A stretch of 64,000 nt of DNA from the IMG/VR virus record IMGVR_UViG_3300036828_000413, positions 7,761 to 71,760 of that record; one strand, written 5' to 3'. The DNA is from a virus. The position numbers and the translations under genes are program-made. The notes below the pieces were generated by a model. That model ran no database searches. It was not told the DNA's origin and saw only the letters and a list, made by a program, of their open reading frames with translations. Of the stretch, positions 37,285 through 47,077 are shown one piece after another (within the stretch, counting starts at the first letter, position 1; each line of letters starts with the position of its first letter).

Positions 37285-38874
37285 TCAGCCAGGAGCACCA
37301 GAGGAGGCCTGGAACGGAGGCGGAGCTTGGCCGATGATCTGAAGATCAATTCCACGATCATACTGGAGCCTGAACTGAGCCAACACGGCGAAGATGCGAA
37401 GCTGGTTGATCAGGTCTGGCGGATAGAGCACGTTGACCCTGTTCGGATTGTTCGGATCGCGCTCCACGATCAAGTTGGCCTTGAACGCCTTGAGGTTCTC
37501 GACCAAGCCGTTCCACATGTCCATCTGATACTCATTGACTAGCTCGGCCTTGATGATGCCAGGGGTCACAATGGCCTGACCTGGACCAAACTTGGTCCCG
37601 TCGTCGGCCAGCTTGCTCCTCGGGAACTTGCTAGTGATCGCATGCTTCTGATTGCGGAGCAACTTGGCCAGGGTAGCCAGCGTAGTCACCAGTTCATACG
37701 CATCGTCCGGAGACCCATAGAGGTTCAGCTGGTAGGTCGTCTGTTCCCTCAGGATCATCGGCTGGTCGTCGGTCCCAACTTCCTGGATGGCCAAACCATT
37801 GGAGGCCAAGCTGTTCAGCTCAACAAAGTCGAACCTGTCCTGCAGCGGACAACCCTTGATATTGTTCAGCGAGAGGGTCTGGAGCGGTCTCGCCGGGTCA
37901 TTGATCAGAGCCCGCTGGGCCTTGGCGGTATAGGCTGCGGCGCACTCAAACATCGGAGACGGTGTAGTCGTCTCAAACGCCATGATGCTCTCCACGCCGC
38001 TGTTCAGGGTGTCTCCAAACGCAATCAAGGCGGCGTAGGTCCCTCGCTTGGCACTGAACACGTGGCCGAACTGCTGGCGCTGCCATCCCCAGCGACCAGT
38101 GTCCGTGAAGCCATACTCCTGGTCCCACGCGAACAGTGAATTGGTGTCCGAATAGGGCAGGGCCACGTACTCGTAGGCCTTCTTTTGAATGTTGGCGATG
38201 GCCGTCGTCATGACTGGCACGCCAGTGCCTCCGGTCAAGAGGCCGGTCGCCGGCAGGGCCATCACTAGACCTGGAGGAGTTATCTCTGATCCAATCGTGC
38301 CATAGTAGTTCAGCTGGATCGTAATCTCATTGCCGTTGACACCCTTGAACAGAGAGGTCAGCGTCACTGTGCCACCAGTTGATGCCGCCGATACGGGCAG
38401 AGCTGGGTTTCCAACCGTGTCAGTAAACGCATTGATGGCATCGGCGATGGCTTGACCAATGGTAACGACCGTGTCGGTGGACATGATATTGATCGGAACG
38501 TGGGTCCCAGCGATGTAGAGGTGGATCGTTCCGGCCTCAGTTGGAGCCGTGGTCACGTTGATGGTTCCGGTACTAGCGACACCTCCCGTCGGCTCTGCGA
38601 GCGGGAGACCCCAAACCTCATTGGCAAAATTATTTTTATAGAAGGCCTGGAACATTCGAGAGAGCTCGGACCCAGGACCAAAATGCTTATCGGCCTGGGC
38701 TTGGCTTCCAATCGGGATCGGAATGTCATGAACGGCGTCTCCATCACTGGTCATAACGCCCACCACCAATGATATTAGATTGACCGTTGGGAGACCAGCC
38801 ATGCTGGGATCGACTTCGACCCAATAGAGCGGCACCTTGATATTGGCTGGAATGTTGGAAAAACTGATCGGCAT
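37285..38874 (-). CDS. Contractile tail sheath protein (Mu gpL-like)
   Basis: ISF..IP...KVPL...E.D, DPARPLQTL, NR.NVL.PPDL.NQLR.FA. Confidence 0.93.
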   Translation of the reverse strand: MPISFSNIPANIKVPLYWVEVDPSMAGLPTVNLISLVVGVMTSDGDAVHDIPIPIGSQAQADKHFGPGSELSRMFQAFYKNNFANEVWGLPLAEPTGGVASTGTINVTTAPTEAGTIHLYIAGTHVPINIMSTDTVVTIGQAIADAINAFTDTVGNPALPVSAASTGGTVTLTSLFKGVNGNEITIQLNYYGTIGSEITPPGLVMALPATGLLTGGTGVPVMTTAIANIQKKAYEYVALPYSDTNSLFAWDQEYGFTDTGRWGWQRQQFGHVFSAKRGTYAALIAFGDTLNSGVESIMAFETTTPSPMFECAAAYTAKAQRALINDPARPLQTLSLNNIKGCPLQDRFDFVELNSLASNGLAIQEVGTDDQPMILREQTTYQLNLYGSPDDAYELVTTLATLAKLLRNQKHAITSKFPRSKLADDGTKFGPGQAIVTPGIIKAELVNEYQMDMWNGLVENLKAFKANLIVERDPNNPNRVNVLYPPDLINQLRIFAVLAQFRLQYDRGIDLQIIGQAPPPFQASSGAPG

Positions 38875-38878
38875 GGGA

Positions 38879-39160
38879 TTAGTCCTCCTCTGACTTTTGC
38901 CCGCTTAATTTGACCGAGCCTTCCTTCAACCTTCTATTGGTGAAGGTGTCCTTCGGCCACTCGATGTCGCCGGTGCTGCGAAAGCCTCCAGCGACGGGAT
39001 GCTTGAGCAGTCTGCGCATGTCATCCGCAGTAAAGCCCTCTCCATCTGCCGGCTCCACGCGCACACCCTCAACCTTCCTCATGTCCTTCACTCTCTGGAG
39101 GCGAGCCTTTGCTCGCTGGCCAGGGGTGAGCACTTCAGTCTTGACATCAACCATGATCAA
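38879..39160 (-). CDS. Small protein upstream of sheath (DUF2635-like)
   Basis: W..DTFT.RRL.EG.V pattern at the Mu gp38 position. Confidence 0.6.
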   Translation of the reverse strand: MIMVDVKTEVLTPGQRAKARLQRVKDMRKVEGVRVEPADGEGFTADDMRRLLKHPVAGGFRSTGDIEWPKDTFTNRRLKEGSVKLSGQKSEED

Positions 39161-39792
39161 CTCCTTCTCGCTGCCCTTAGCACATCCAGCATGTACTTAA
39201 CCGAGACCTGCTGGCGCTGATCCATCTCGGTTTGAGTATCTCCCGCCTTAATCCCAGTGGTAACGTCGATCTCATCCAGCATGTCAGTGATGTCCGGATA
39301 CCACTCGCTGCGGGTGAAGCAACTGACCTCGTACTGGAGTTCACCGATGGGCGTCTCGTTATTGAGCCCTGCGTTGCCAAACACGTGGCGCCTCGATCCC
39401 CTGGTGACGCTCTCTATGCCCACGCCCTCCGGGTTGTTATTGGTCAACACATTCATCAACTTTATATTCGTCCAAAGAGAGCTCATGATCTGGAGGTAGG
39501 CCGCGTCGATCCCATGCTCCAACGCATCCTGATCATTGTTGGCTTGAATTACCGAGAAGCCCACGCGACACGTGTGGTTGAATCGAATGCACCCGGCGTT
39601 GGCGTCCCCGTCGGGGACCATGACCTCATCCACGACGTAGACGCCGAGGAACGGCAGCAGATTGGCTTGCACCGGATGCATCTTGGTCTTGCGAAAATTA
39701 TAGCCAGAGAAATATGAATTGGCCGTGACGACGTCATACATCGCGTCCCTGATGTCTACGGCGAAGCTCTGGGTCTCCGTTACAGCCATCAC
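39157..39792 (-). CDS. Putative tail terminator / completion protein
   Basis: Position, LPFLGVYV.DE pattern. Confidence 0.6.
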   Translation of the reverse strand: MMAVTETQSFAVDIRDAMYDVVTANSYFSGYNFRKTKMHPVQANLLPFLGVYVVDEVMVPDGDANAGCIRFNHTCRVGFSVIQANNDQDALEHGIDAAYLQIMSSLWTNIKLMNVLTNNNPEGVGIESVTRGSRRHVFGNAGLNNETPIGELQYEVSCFTRSEWYPDITDMLDEIDVTTGIKAGDTQTEMDQRQQVSVKYMLDVLRAARRS

Positions 39793-40136
39793 ACGAGCGC
39801 CTTCAGCTCCAGAGTGACCTCGCCGCCCCCGTTGTGGAACACATTGGTTATCTCGAAGCCACCCTCCGCTGGCAGGCCTGAGATGGGCTCGGGGGGAATG
39901 TCTATGGTATCTCCCTGCACGGGCAGGACTGAGAACTCACTGGCCCTTATGTCCAAGATGGTCTGTTGGTCGGAGAAGATGCTGCCATCCTCGAGCATCA
40001 CATTCAGGGTGCGGCTGTCATAGATGCCTCTGTTGCCTCCAGTAAACGAGTTGCCCAGCGTGGACGTAAAGTTCACCGGGCGACCAAACACGTCCTGGGT
40101 CTGCATATAAATGAGCGTGGAGAAGTTTACCGCCAT
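39789..40136 (-). CDS. Putative head closure protein (gpFII-like)
   Basis: Beta-rich, P.QGD.I.I...GGGE..L.L pattern, position. Confidence 0.65.
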   Translation of the reverse strand: MAVNFSTLIYMQTQDVFGRPVNFTSTLGNSFTGGNRGIYDSRTLNVMLEDGSIFSDQQTILDIRASEFSVLPVQGDTIDIPPEPISGLPAEGGFEITNVFHNGGGEVTLELKALV

Positions 40137-40501
40137 GTCAGCTCCTTCGCCATCAACTCATCCATCCTCTTGACCAGCTTCTCATAGAGCTCGGGCCTCA
40201 GGATTGGTCTGTTCGTGCCGGATCTGACTACGCCGAGGCGCGGCCTGTTGGCCGTCTTGCGGGCTCTCAGGACGGCATTGATCTTCTTCTGGTCTCGTTC
40301 TGCTATCCTCGAGGTCGGCCAGATGTCCGTCTCTACAGTGTTCTCATCCGGCGTCTCTGTGTTTGGAAAGCGGCGCCGCATGTCCTCCGTCTGCCAATTG
40401 GTCAGCTCTTGGGCCATGTGCTTGGGAAACTCCTCGAGCTTCTTGGTCATCGCCTCAAGCCTGGCGATCAATCCACTCACGTCTAGGGATATGACCAGCA
40501 T
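40127..40501 (-). CDS. Putative neck / morphogenesis protein
   Basis: Position, RPIL motif. Confidence 0.5.
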   Translation of the reverse strand: MLVISLDVSGLIARLEAMTKKLEEFPKHMAQELTNWQTEDMRRRFPNTETPDENTVETDIWPTSRIAERDQKKINAVLRARKTANRPRLGVVRSGTNRPILRPELYEKLVKRMDELMAKELTWR

Positions 40502-41145
40502 CAGACCTCAAGCCTCACATAGTGCATGAGCAGGCTGTTGGCCGCTCCGCCGATGATCCCCTGGATCGTAAGACCCTTGCCCTGCTGGGTGGCGTCAAAG
40601 TACATCACGCGGCTGTCCTTGTGGGATATGCTTCGTATCCCTATCACGGCCAGCCTGTTCATCAGGGCCTGACCCTCTCGCACCAGCAGGGCCGCCGCCT
40701 GCTTGAGTGCGGGCGGCGTCTCGTCAGGTAACAGATAGCCTCCCCAGTAGGTCACCTTGACCGGCTCATCATTGGTTGAGAGCAGCTCAATCTTTCCAGA
40801 CTTCTCCTCGATCTCGTAGGTCGATGGGTCGAGCACGGATCCAGTTGGGCTCTCCACCGTTAGCGATGCGCTGAGGTCGAGGGGATAGTGGCTCAAGAAC
40901 ATTCGCGTCATCGTGTTGGTAGCGTCGTAGTTCACGCATCGCCAGATCTCGCTGACCTCCTCGTAGGCAAACACCCTGTTGCAGACGGTAGCGATCACGT
41001 CCGAGTATTGGGTTATGTACTCCTGGAGCACCTGGTCCTGGGTGGTGTCCGTAGGATGGATGCCGATCAAGACCTTCAGGTCAGCCAGCGAGATCAAGTC
41101 GTAGTTGTTTGCCGGAGTGAGAACCTTTATGACCCGATCAGCCAC
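40501..41145 (-). CDS. Head-tail adaptor (gp6/gp15-like)
   Basis: L.SLADLK..I.....D..L...I...CNR.F, V.Y.GGY...P.ALKQA. Confidence 0.8.
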   Translation of the reverse strand: MADRVIKVLTPANNYDLISLADLKVLIGIHPTDTTQDQVLQEYITQYSDVIATVCNRVFAYEEVSEIWRCVNYDATNTMTRMFLSHYPLDLSASLTVESPTGSVLDPSTYEIEEKSGKIELLSTNDEPVKVTYWGGYLLPDETPPALKQAAALLVREGQALMNRLAVIGIRSISHKDSRVMYFDATQQGKGLTIQGIIGGAANSLLMHYVRLEV

Positions 41146-42439
41146 GTCCAGTCTCCTCATTGTATTGCTCGAAGAGCGATCGGATGCAGACCGGCTCGAC
41201 CTCCATTCCGTTGGATAGAACTGGAGTGATCGTATAGGTCTGCCTGTCCAGCCTCCACGTCTTGATCACAGGCGCGTCCCTGCCAGGCGCTCCTGGACTA
41301 CCATTCGGACCATGGTCGCCTCGGTCTCCCTTCGGTCCCGGCTTGCCAGGCTTGCCGTGAGATGCAATCAGCTGCCAGTTGTCTCCCGGACACGATCCTG
41401 GATCGTCACACTTGGCGATGAAGCTGGAGCCATTGAGCGCCACGATGTTCAACTGGTCATAGTGCCAGTCTTCGCGATAGGTCCCACACACGATCGGCAC
41501 TGGAGCGTTGCGTCCACCGGCCGCGATGCATGTCCAGTCCTCATGCGGAGGGGCATGGACCGTGTCTCGCTTGGCCTGGTACGTGCTACCCTCGAGAGAA
41601 ACCAGATCGCTCTGGTAGTTGACTTGGCCTCTTGCGAACGGCCTGACGTCCTTCAAGACCCCCGGCGCACCATCCTTGCCGGCCTGGCCGTCCTTGCCTG
41701 TGAGGCCTTGCTCGCCCTTCTCGCCTCTTTCGCCTTGTTGACCGCAATCGCCTTGTTCACCCTTCTCACCCTTTTCGCCATCCTTGCCTCCAATTCCATT
41801 CTCGCCTCGCTCACCACGCTCACCCTGGGGACCAGAATCACCCTTCTCGCCCCGCTCCCCCGATGGCCCGCCGGGACCAAGATCGCCAGCTGGACCGACA
41901 TCTCCCCGGTCGCCCTTCTCACCCTGCTCGCCACGCTCGCCGTTGAGCCCATTCTCTCCGGGCTCTCCGTGGTCACCGGGGTCGCCCTTCTCGCCGACCT
42001 CGCCCTTTTCTCCACGCTCACCGCTCTGGCCAATCTCTCCGCGCTCGCCCTGTTCTCCGCGCTCACCCTGCTGTCCACGCCATCCCTGCTCTCCACGCTC
42101 GCCCTGCGTACCTCGCTCACCCTGGGGTCCTGGCTCACCTCGCTCTCCCTTTTCTCCCGGAGGACCAATTGGACCAGGTTCTCCGTCTCTCCCGTCCTTC
42201 AACTCGGCGAGCCTGGAGTTAATCCGCTCGTTCAAGGTAGCAACCTGGGTCTCGAGCTTGGCAATGATCGCGCCCGACTGGGCCTCCATCAGCCTGCAGT
42301 GACGCTCCCACTCCGCGTCCTTGCGATCGAGTATCTCGGCGAGGGCTATTCGCCACGCATCAAGCAGAGTTTCTTCGCCGCTGTCCAACTCGCTCAGTGA
42401 GGCGGAGAAGGTTTCTGACTTCCCGTTGGATATCATCAT
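41138..42439 (-). CDS. Collagen-like repeat protein
   Basis: N-terminal coiled coil, long G-E-R/K triplet run, short aromatic C-terminal modules. Confidence 0.85.
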   Translation of the reverse strand: MMISNGKSETFSASLSELDSGEETLLDAWRIALAEILDRKDAEWERHCRLMEAQSGAIIAKLETQVATLNERINSRLAELKDGRDGEPGPIGPPGEKGERGEPGPQGERGTQGERGEQGWRGQQGERGEQGERGEIGQSGERGEKGEVGEKGDPGDHGEPGENGLNGERGEQGEKGDRGDVGPAGDLGPGGPSGERGEKGDSGPQGERGERGENGIGGKDGEKGEKGEQGDCGQQGERGEKGEQGLTGKDGQAGKDGAPGVLKDVRPFARGQVNYQSDLVSLEGSTYQAKRDTVHAPPHEDWTCIAAGGRNAPVPIVCGTYREDWHYDQLNIVALNGSSFIAKCDDPGSCPGDNWQLIASHGKPGKPGPKGDRGDHGPNGSPGAPGRDAPVIKTWRLDRQTYTITPVLSNGMEVEPVCIRSLFEQYNEETGRG

Positions 42440-43781
42440 GGTTACCCTTCTCGGGTGGAGTAGGCTTGGCGTCCCCCGGAGGTGGCTTCGGCTCAGGACC
42501 AGCTGAGGGAGGAGCCGGAGGAGCCGCAGGGATCGCCCCAGCCGCACTCAACGGAACGACCTGTTGCTGCACCCTTGGCTCATCCCCAAACTTGACGTCC
42601 GGCAAACCCTCAGTGTTGCGGGCCTCATTGGGCGCTAAGATGCCACCCTGAACGCCCCTGGCCAGGGCGTCAATTCTTTCCTTCATGGCGGAACGCAGCA
42701 GCGCAGCGGTATCGAACTCCACATACTCATCCGGCTGGCCCTTGAGCTGGAAGAGCAGTCCAAACGCCTCTTCAACGTGGTTGAGGCAGAAGCCCAGGCC
42801 ACTGGCAATCCAGCTCTGCATCAGGAGCTCAGAGCTTCCATAGGGAGCGCCGCCTATACCCAAGATCTGGAGCGGTACTCGAAAGGCCAGCGCGATGTGC
42901 TCATTAGTCAACTTCATCATCTCTGCGGTCGCGGCGTCCTTGCCTCCAACGGCCCACGGCTGGACCTTCAATCCCGCCGTCAGGATCGGCGTACCACCCT
43001 GGTGGATGCCCTGGACCTGCTCGTTCCATCTGTCTCGAAGGGCCTGGACCTGGTCCTTGTCCAACACGAGGTCGGTAGACAAGACGGCGGACGGCCTCGC
43101 CTCGTTCATATAGAACGACTGCTGTTGCTTCGAGATCGCTCCAGCGACCGCCATGTCTCCATAGGCCGCCAGGATCGGGCTCTCACCAACCAGAGGGTTT
43201 GGAAACCGGCGGTTCACGTGGAGCTTGATGTGGAGCACGTCGCGCATGGGCACGACGAGATACTCTTCCTTGAACCTCTTGGCCACTATGTCGTTTCCGG
43301 CCAACCAATAAAATACGTCTCCGGTCTCGGCCAGGCGGGGATAGGACATCTCCGGATGCATCGGATGGAGCTCATCGATCTCATAGCGATCGTTGCGGAG
43401 CGCCAGAGCGTACGCATTTCCGGTCAGATAGAGCTGGCGAACTATGTTCAGAAGGAAGTCACTGATCGATTGGTAATCGTTGGGATGTCTCAAAGTGCGG
43501 GCGAGTGCCGAGTTCTTCACCCGGTCTCGCCCGCCCTTAGTGTTCAGTCTCCAATGGTCCCCTGGACACATGGCGACCGTCTGGGCGTAGGCTGAGACAC
43601 ACGCCTCAACCATGGCCGAGCAGGTCGTCATGAACAGAGGATCGTAGCCCTGCTGCCACCAATTGATCCCCGCGCCCGAGGGCAACCAGCCTCCCGTGAT
43701 GGGAAGATAGTATGGCCCAGGACGAAAGCCGCCCTCGACGGCCTTCAAGACGGACCTGAATTTGGCGATCAATCCGGCCAT
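42360..43781 (-). CDS. Portal protein (HK97 family)
   Basis: V.ACV..A..VA, PN.YQ..F...L.L.GNAY, G.SPI, IA.AFRVP..LG, PNEAR..EGLP. Confidence 0.93.
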   Translation of the reverse strand: MAGLIAKFRSVLKAVEGGFRPGPYYLPITGGWLPSGAGINWWQQGYDPLFMTTCSAMVEACVSAYAQTVAMCPGDHWRLNTKGGRDRVKNSALARTLRHPNDYQSISDFLLNIVRQLYLTGNAYALALRNDRYEIDELHPMHPEMSYPRLAETGDVFYWLAGNDIVAKRFKEEYLVVPMRDVLHIKLHVNRRFPNPLVGESPILAAYGDMAVAGAISKQQQSFYMNEARPSAVLSTDLVLDKDQVQALRDRWNEQVQGIHQGGTPILTAGLKVQPWAVGGKDAATAEMMKLTNEHIALAFRVPLQILGIGGAPYGSSELLMQSWIASGLGFCLNHVEEAFGLLFQLKGQPDEYVEFDTAALLRSAMKERIDALARGVQGGILAPNEARNTEGLPDVKFGDEPRVQQQVVPLSAAGAIPAAPPAPPSAGPEPKPPPGDAKPTPPEKGNHDDIQREVRNLLRLTERVGQRRRNSA

Positions 43782-43784
43782 AAA

Positions 43785-44069
43785 CTACTCAGACTTCGCG
43801 TGCTGCTGTCTGGTCGAGTATGGCCTCGCAGAGGAGGGACTGGCCTCAACGTGCCTGGTCTGGACGCTTGGATCAGGCCCGCTACCATCCTCTTCATGCT
43901 CGAGGATGTGCGCACCCAGGGCGGACATATTGAGCTCCTCCTGGGTGGGCGTCGGCTTGCCCTTCATGCGCTCGGCAAAGTCAGCCCGAGACTTCTCGGT
44001 GGCCTTCTGCTCCTCGGCGAGAACCTTCTTGGCGTTCTCGGTCGAGGCATCGTCTGCGTACTTCGTCAT
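43785..44069 (-). CDS. Small hypothetical head-module protein
   Basis: GAGAGGA RBS, lies between capsid and portal. Confidence 0.7.
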   Translation of the reverse strand: MTKYADDASTENAKKVLAEEQKATEKSRADFAERMKGKPTPTQEELNMSALGAHILEHEEDGSGPDPSVQTRHVEASPSSARPYSTRQQHAKSE

Positions 44070-44089
44070 AGTATCCTCTCTTTCTGAAT

Positions 44090-44178
44090 GGAAGTGGAGC
44101 GGTGGTTTCCTAAGCTAAACCACCGCTCCTGGGGCAGCGGGCTCTCGCCCTCCACGTCCACCACTTCCTTGCGGAAGC
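44090..44178 (-). ncRNA. Late intergenic structured motif, copy A
   Basis: Minus strand: CTTCC-GCAA-GGAAG TGGTGGACGTGGA GGGC-GAGA-GCCC GCTGCCCC plus a 13-bp hairpin. Core shared with 52964-53058. Confidence 0.55.
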
Positions 44179-46422
44179 TCACCAAGTGACGCTCTGGGTC
44201 CAGGCCACCGTGCCAGCCCGGCGCTGCAGCCAGTTCAGAGGCAGCACCATTCTCAGGGCCAGCGAGTCGGTCTGGAACAGCGAGCGCTGCGGAGTCGCAA
44301 CGACGCCCGGAGAGCCAGCGACCAGGTCGGTCGGACTGGTGTCCTCCATGTGCAGCGTGGCCTGGTCGCTCATCTCCATTCTCGGAGCGTCACCACCGAC
44401 GACCACGAAGTCGGCCGCATCCACCAAGACCATCGTCTTTGCGGGAACGACCGCGGAGTCGATGAACGGGATGGTGGCCAGAGACCCTCCGCGGATCTCA
44501 TCCCTGAACGGGAAGATGCCCGTATTGGCGGCTGAGAGCAGAGACGCGCGGAGCATGTCCGTCTGGTTGACCAGCCAGACCAGGTTGCGGACGTTGCCAT
44601 AGGTCGCTGTACTGATCGCGTTGATCAGGCCAACGATGTCTCCAACCAGCGCCGCAATGCCGCCACCTGCGGTTGCCGTAGTGGCCGCCACGGCATTGAG
44701 CAGGCCGGCTGGCCTGATCGTGGTCGCAGGGTTCGCGTCGATCAACACCGTGTCGATCGCCACCGTGGTGTCCTGCTGGATGGCCTCTCGCAGGAGACCC
44801 TCAATCGCCGGGATGGAGTGCTCGTCCATCTCCTTGGTCCAAGTCGTAATGACCGCCATCTTCTTCGGAGTAAGCGTCTGGCTGGTGAACGCACCCTGCC
44901 TGACCGGGATGGCCAGACCCTCACCCACGAACGAGCCAGCCAGGCTGGGCGTGCGGGAGCGAGTTGGAATGATGATCTTTCCAGTCAGTCCGAAGCTCAG
45001 GCTCAGTCCTTTCGGCGCAAGCCGGGTGAGGATGCCCTTGGGCATCAGCAGCGGCATGAGCGGAGCGAACGTGGTCTGGACGAGCTCCTGGGCCCAGCCC
45101 GCTACGGTAGTCATGGCCGGGGCTGAGGCTGAACGGAGCACGATGTCAGCAATCAGCTTGACCGCGTCATCCTTGTACTCAGGATAGCGCGCGGCGATCT
45201 TGGCCAGAGTGTCCTCAAGGTTGCTGCCCCAGCCCTTGGAGAAGTAGGCCAGGGTGCCAGCCTTTACGAACAGATCGAGCGGATCGAACTCCTTCGTTCG
45301 GTTGTGGATCACCGTTGGTGCCTGCACCCGCTCGGTGCGCTCTCCGGTGGAGACAACGAGCGACCGTCCACCGCGGACGGTCTCCTGGACAGACCGCGCC
45401 AACAGCTTCTCACTGTCGACGAGGGTGTCGTGGGTCCGCTCAAGTTGGACGATGTCCTCCCTGAGCTTGCCGATGGCCTCCAGCTCAGTGCCGCTTACGT
45501 TGCTGTCATCCATCTTGTCGATATGGTCTTGAAGAACATCACGCTTGGAGGTAATTGCGGCCTCCAGGTCCATGATGCGTTGAGCGAGGCTAGACATTTG
45601 TCTGCCCTTTCCATTGCCACGATTATTCCTGGCGTGCCCGCCGTTGATCGCCTTCCTGATCGTACGGTCTCTTTTGCCTTGCCCGGCGAACACCATGTCG
45701 ATCGTCTCAGACGAGATACCCAGGGACTTTGCTACGGCGAGTGCGTTTGGGTTTGCCGGTACGGCAACCACACTGGTCTCGATCAGTTCGCACTTGGTGT
45801 AGACGCTGCCCCAGTCAGTTCCTTCTCTGTCCTTTCGCTCCTTTGGTCTGAACCCAACGGAGACTGCGCGGAGGATGTCTGCGTCGATCAGTCTCCTGAT
45901 CTCATCGATCCTCTGGCTGGTACCCTCCTTGGCCAGCTCGAGGTGACCGCGTAACTGCTTGTTCTCAATGCGGACGTTCGCCCACTTTCCAATCGGAAAA
46001 GTGCTGTTGTGGCCAAACAGCGCGATCGGGTTCTTCTTGAACTCCCGGAGGTCCCACCCGTCGGACATGATCACGTCATCCATCCGGTCCGGCGTCTCGT
46101 CCGAGAGGATGAACTCCATCCCGCTGACCTGCGAGGCGTGGGTCTTGTACTTCAGATCACTGGCCTTTCTGTCCTCCCAGAGCATCTGGCAGACGTCCTC
46201 GTTGCCGATCTCATCGACGCAGTCGGATATGAACTCATCCTGCTCGTCGTCCTCGTAGTCACCTGGGTCAGGCACCTGCTTGTCCTTGTTTCGCCAGATG
46301 TCCATGCAGATGGCCACGGCCTGGTCCTGCGGACGCTTGTCCGGACCGGTGCCAACCATCTCTGGCACGCACCTGGCCATGAAGTCACTCTGGCTCTCGC
46401 CCTTGTGGGGTTTGATTGGCAT
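44179..46422 (-). CDS. Fused prohead protease - major capsid protein (HK97 fold)
   Basis: DR.DD.I...G...KNPI.LF.H and AVSVGF..E.SVV.VPANP protease motifs, coiled-coil delta domain, then capsid FVGEG..IP...SLFQ. Confidence 0.93.
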   Translation of the reverse strand: MPIKPHKGESQSDFMARCVPEMVGTGPDKRPQDQAVAICMDIWRNKDKQVPDPGDYEDDEQDEFISDCVDEIGNEDVCQMLWEDRKASDLKYKTHASQVSGMEFILSDETPDRMDDVIMSDGWDLREFKKNPIALFGHNSTFPIGKWANVRIENKQLRGHLELAKEGTSQRIDEIRRLIDADILRAVSVGFRPKERKDREGTDWGSVYTKCELIETSVVAVPANPNALAVAKSLGISSETIDMVFAGQGKRDRTIRKAINGGHARNNRGNGKGRQMSSLAQRIMDLEAAITSKRDVLQDHIDKMDDSNVSGTELEAIGKLREDIVQLERTHDTLVDSEKLLARSVQETVRGGRSLVVSTGERTERVQAPTVIHNRTKEFDPLDLFVKAGTLAYFSKGWGSNLEDTLAKIAARYPEYKDDAVKLIADIVLRSASAPAMTTVAGWAQELVQTTFAPLMPLLMPKGILTRLAPKGLSLSFGLTGKIIIPTRSRTPSLAGSFVGEGLAIPVRQGAFTSQTLTPKKMAVITTWTKEMDEHSIPAIEGLLREAIQQDTTVAIDTVLIDANPATTIRPAGLLNAVAATTATAGGGIAALVGDIVGLINAISTATYGNVRNLVWLVNQTDMLRASLLSAANTGIFPFRDEIRGGSLATIPFIDSAVVPAKTMVLVDAADFVVVGGDAPRMEMSDQATLHMEDTSPTDLVAGSPGVVATPQRSLFQTDSLALRMVLPLNWLQRRAGTVAWTQSVTW

Positions 46423-46435
46423 CGTATTGTCCTCC

Positions 46436-47077
46436 TCACTTTCGCATGAACGCCAGCCAAGAGCCCTCCACGGACTTGATCGGCCAGCCATCCGCGACTA
46501 GACGCTCGAGCGCCCTGGTCACCTCCACGGCTGGGTTGCCGTAGTCGTGCCAAACAATAATCCCACCCCGCCTGACCAGCTCCTCAGCCAGGTAGCTCTC
46601 GTGGGTCACGGCCTCATCGCTGTGGTCTCCGTCTATGAACACGGCGTCACACGGCTCGAGGTCATCTCCGCTCAGTCTGATCGACGGAGAGGTGAGCAGG
46701 AAGAAGCGAGGGTCATCCGCCGCATATGCCCCAGCCCTCTCCGGGACCTCGGAGAGTTGGCACGAGAGCGTAGTTATGTGGTCCGGACCCACGTCGACCC
46801 CAATGTACCGCTCCAGGGTCTCCACGCACTCCAGCACCCGCTTGGCCGTGATCCCAATGTTGCAGCCAAACTCAACCATGACTCTCGGCGAGACACTCCT
46901 GACCAGATCGACCAAGATTGAGGTCTCGCTGCCGTTGAGATACTTGCTGAAGTGACTCGCCTTGACCTGGGTTGGTTTTATCGAGACCTGGCTCAGCGCT
47001 GATCCAGTGCGCTGAGCCAGTCTCCGTCCACGACTTGGCGACACAATCTGACGTTGTCGTACCATCTCACACCCCAC
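46436..47077 (-). CDS. Class I SAM methyltransferase (Methyltransf_24-like); start uncertain
   Basis: MVEFGCNIG, YIGVD, DAVFIDGDHS..AV, GGIIVWHDY. Confidence 0.85.
   Translation of the reverse strand: MGCEMVRQRQIVSPSRGRRLAQRTGSALSQVSIKPTQVKASHFSKYLNGSETSILVDLVRSVSPRVMVEFGCNIGITAKRVLECVETLERYIGVDVGPDHITTLSCQLSEVPERAGAYAADDPRFFLLTSPSIRLSGDDLEPCDAVFIDGDHSDEAVTHESYLAEELVRRGGIIVWHDYGNPAVEVTRALERLVADGWPIKSVEGSWLAFMRK

Noticed and set aside
44125-44180. HDV-like/theta ribozyme on the + strand (GGGGCAG...TCCACGT...hairpin-GCT(A/C)A; also near 52998-53065)
   Set aside because: No P1 3' strand complementary to GGGGCAG follows the putative L3. The GNRA loops favour the - strand as the RNA.
44112-44181. 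Stop-codon read-through extension of the capsid protein
   Set aside because: The frame after TGA closes within about 23 codons and encodes nothing recognisable.
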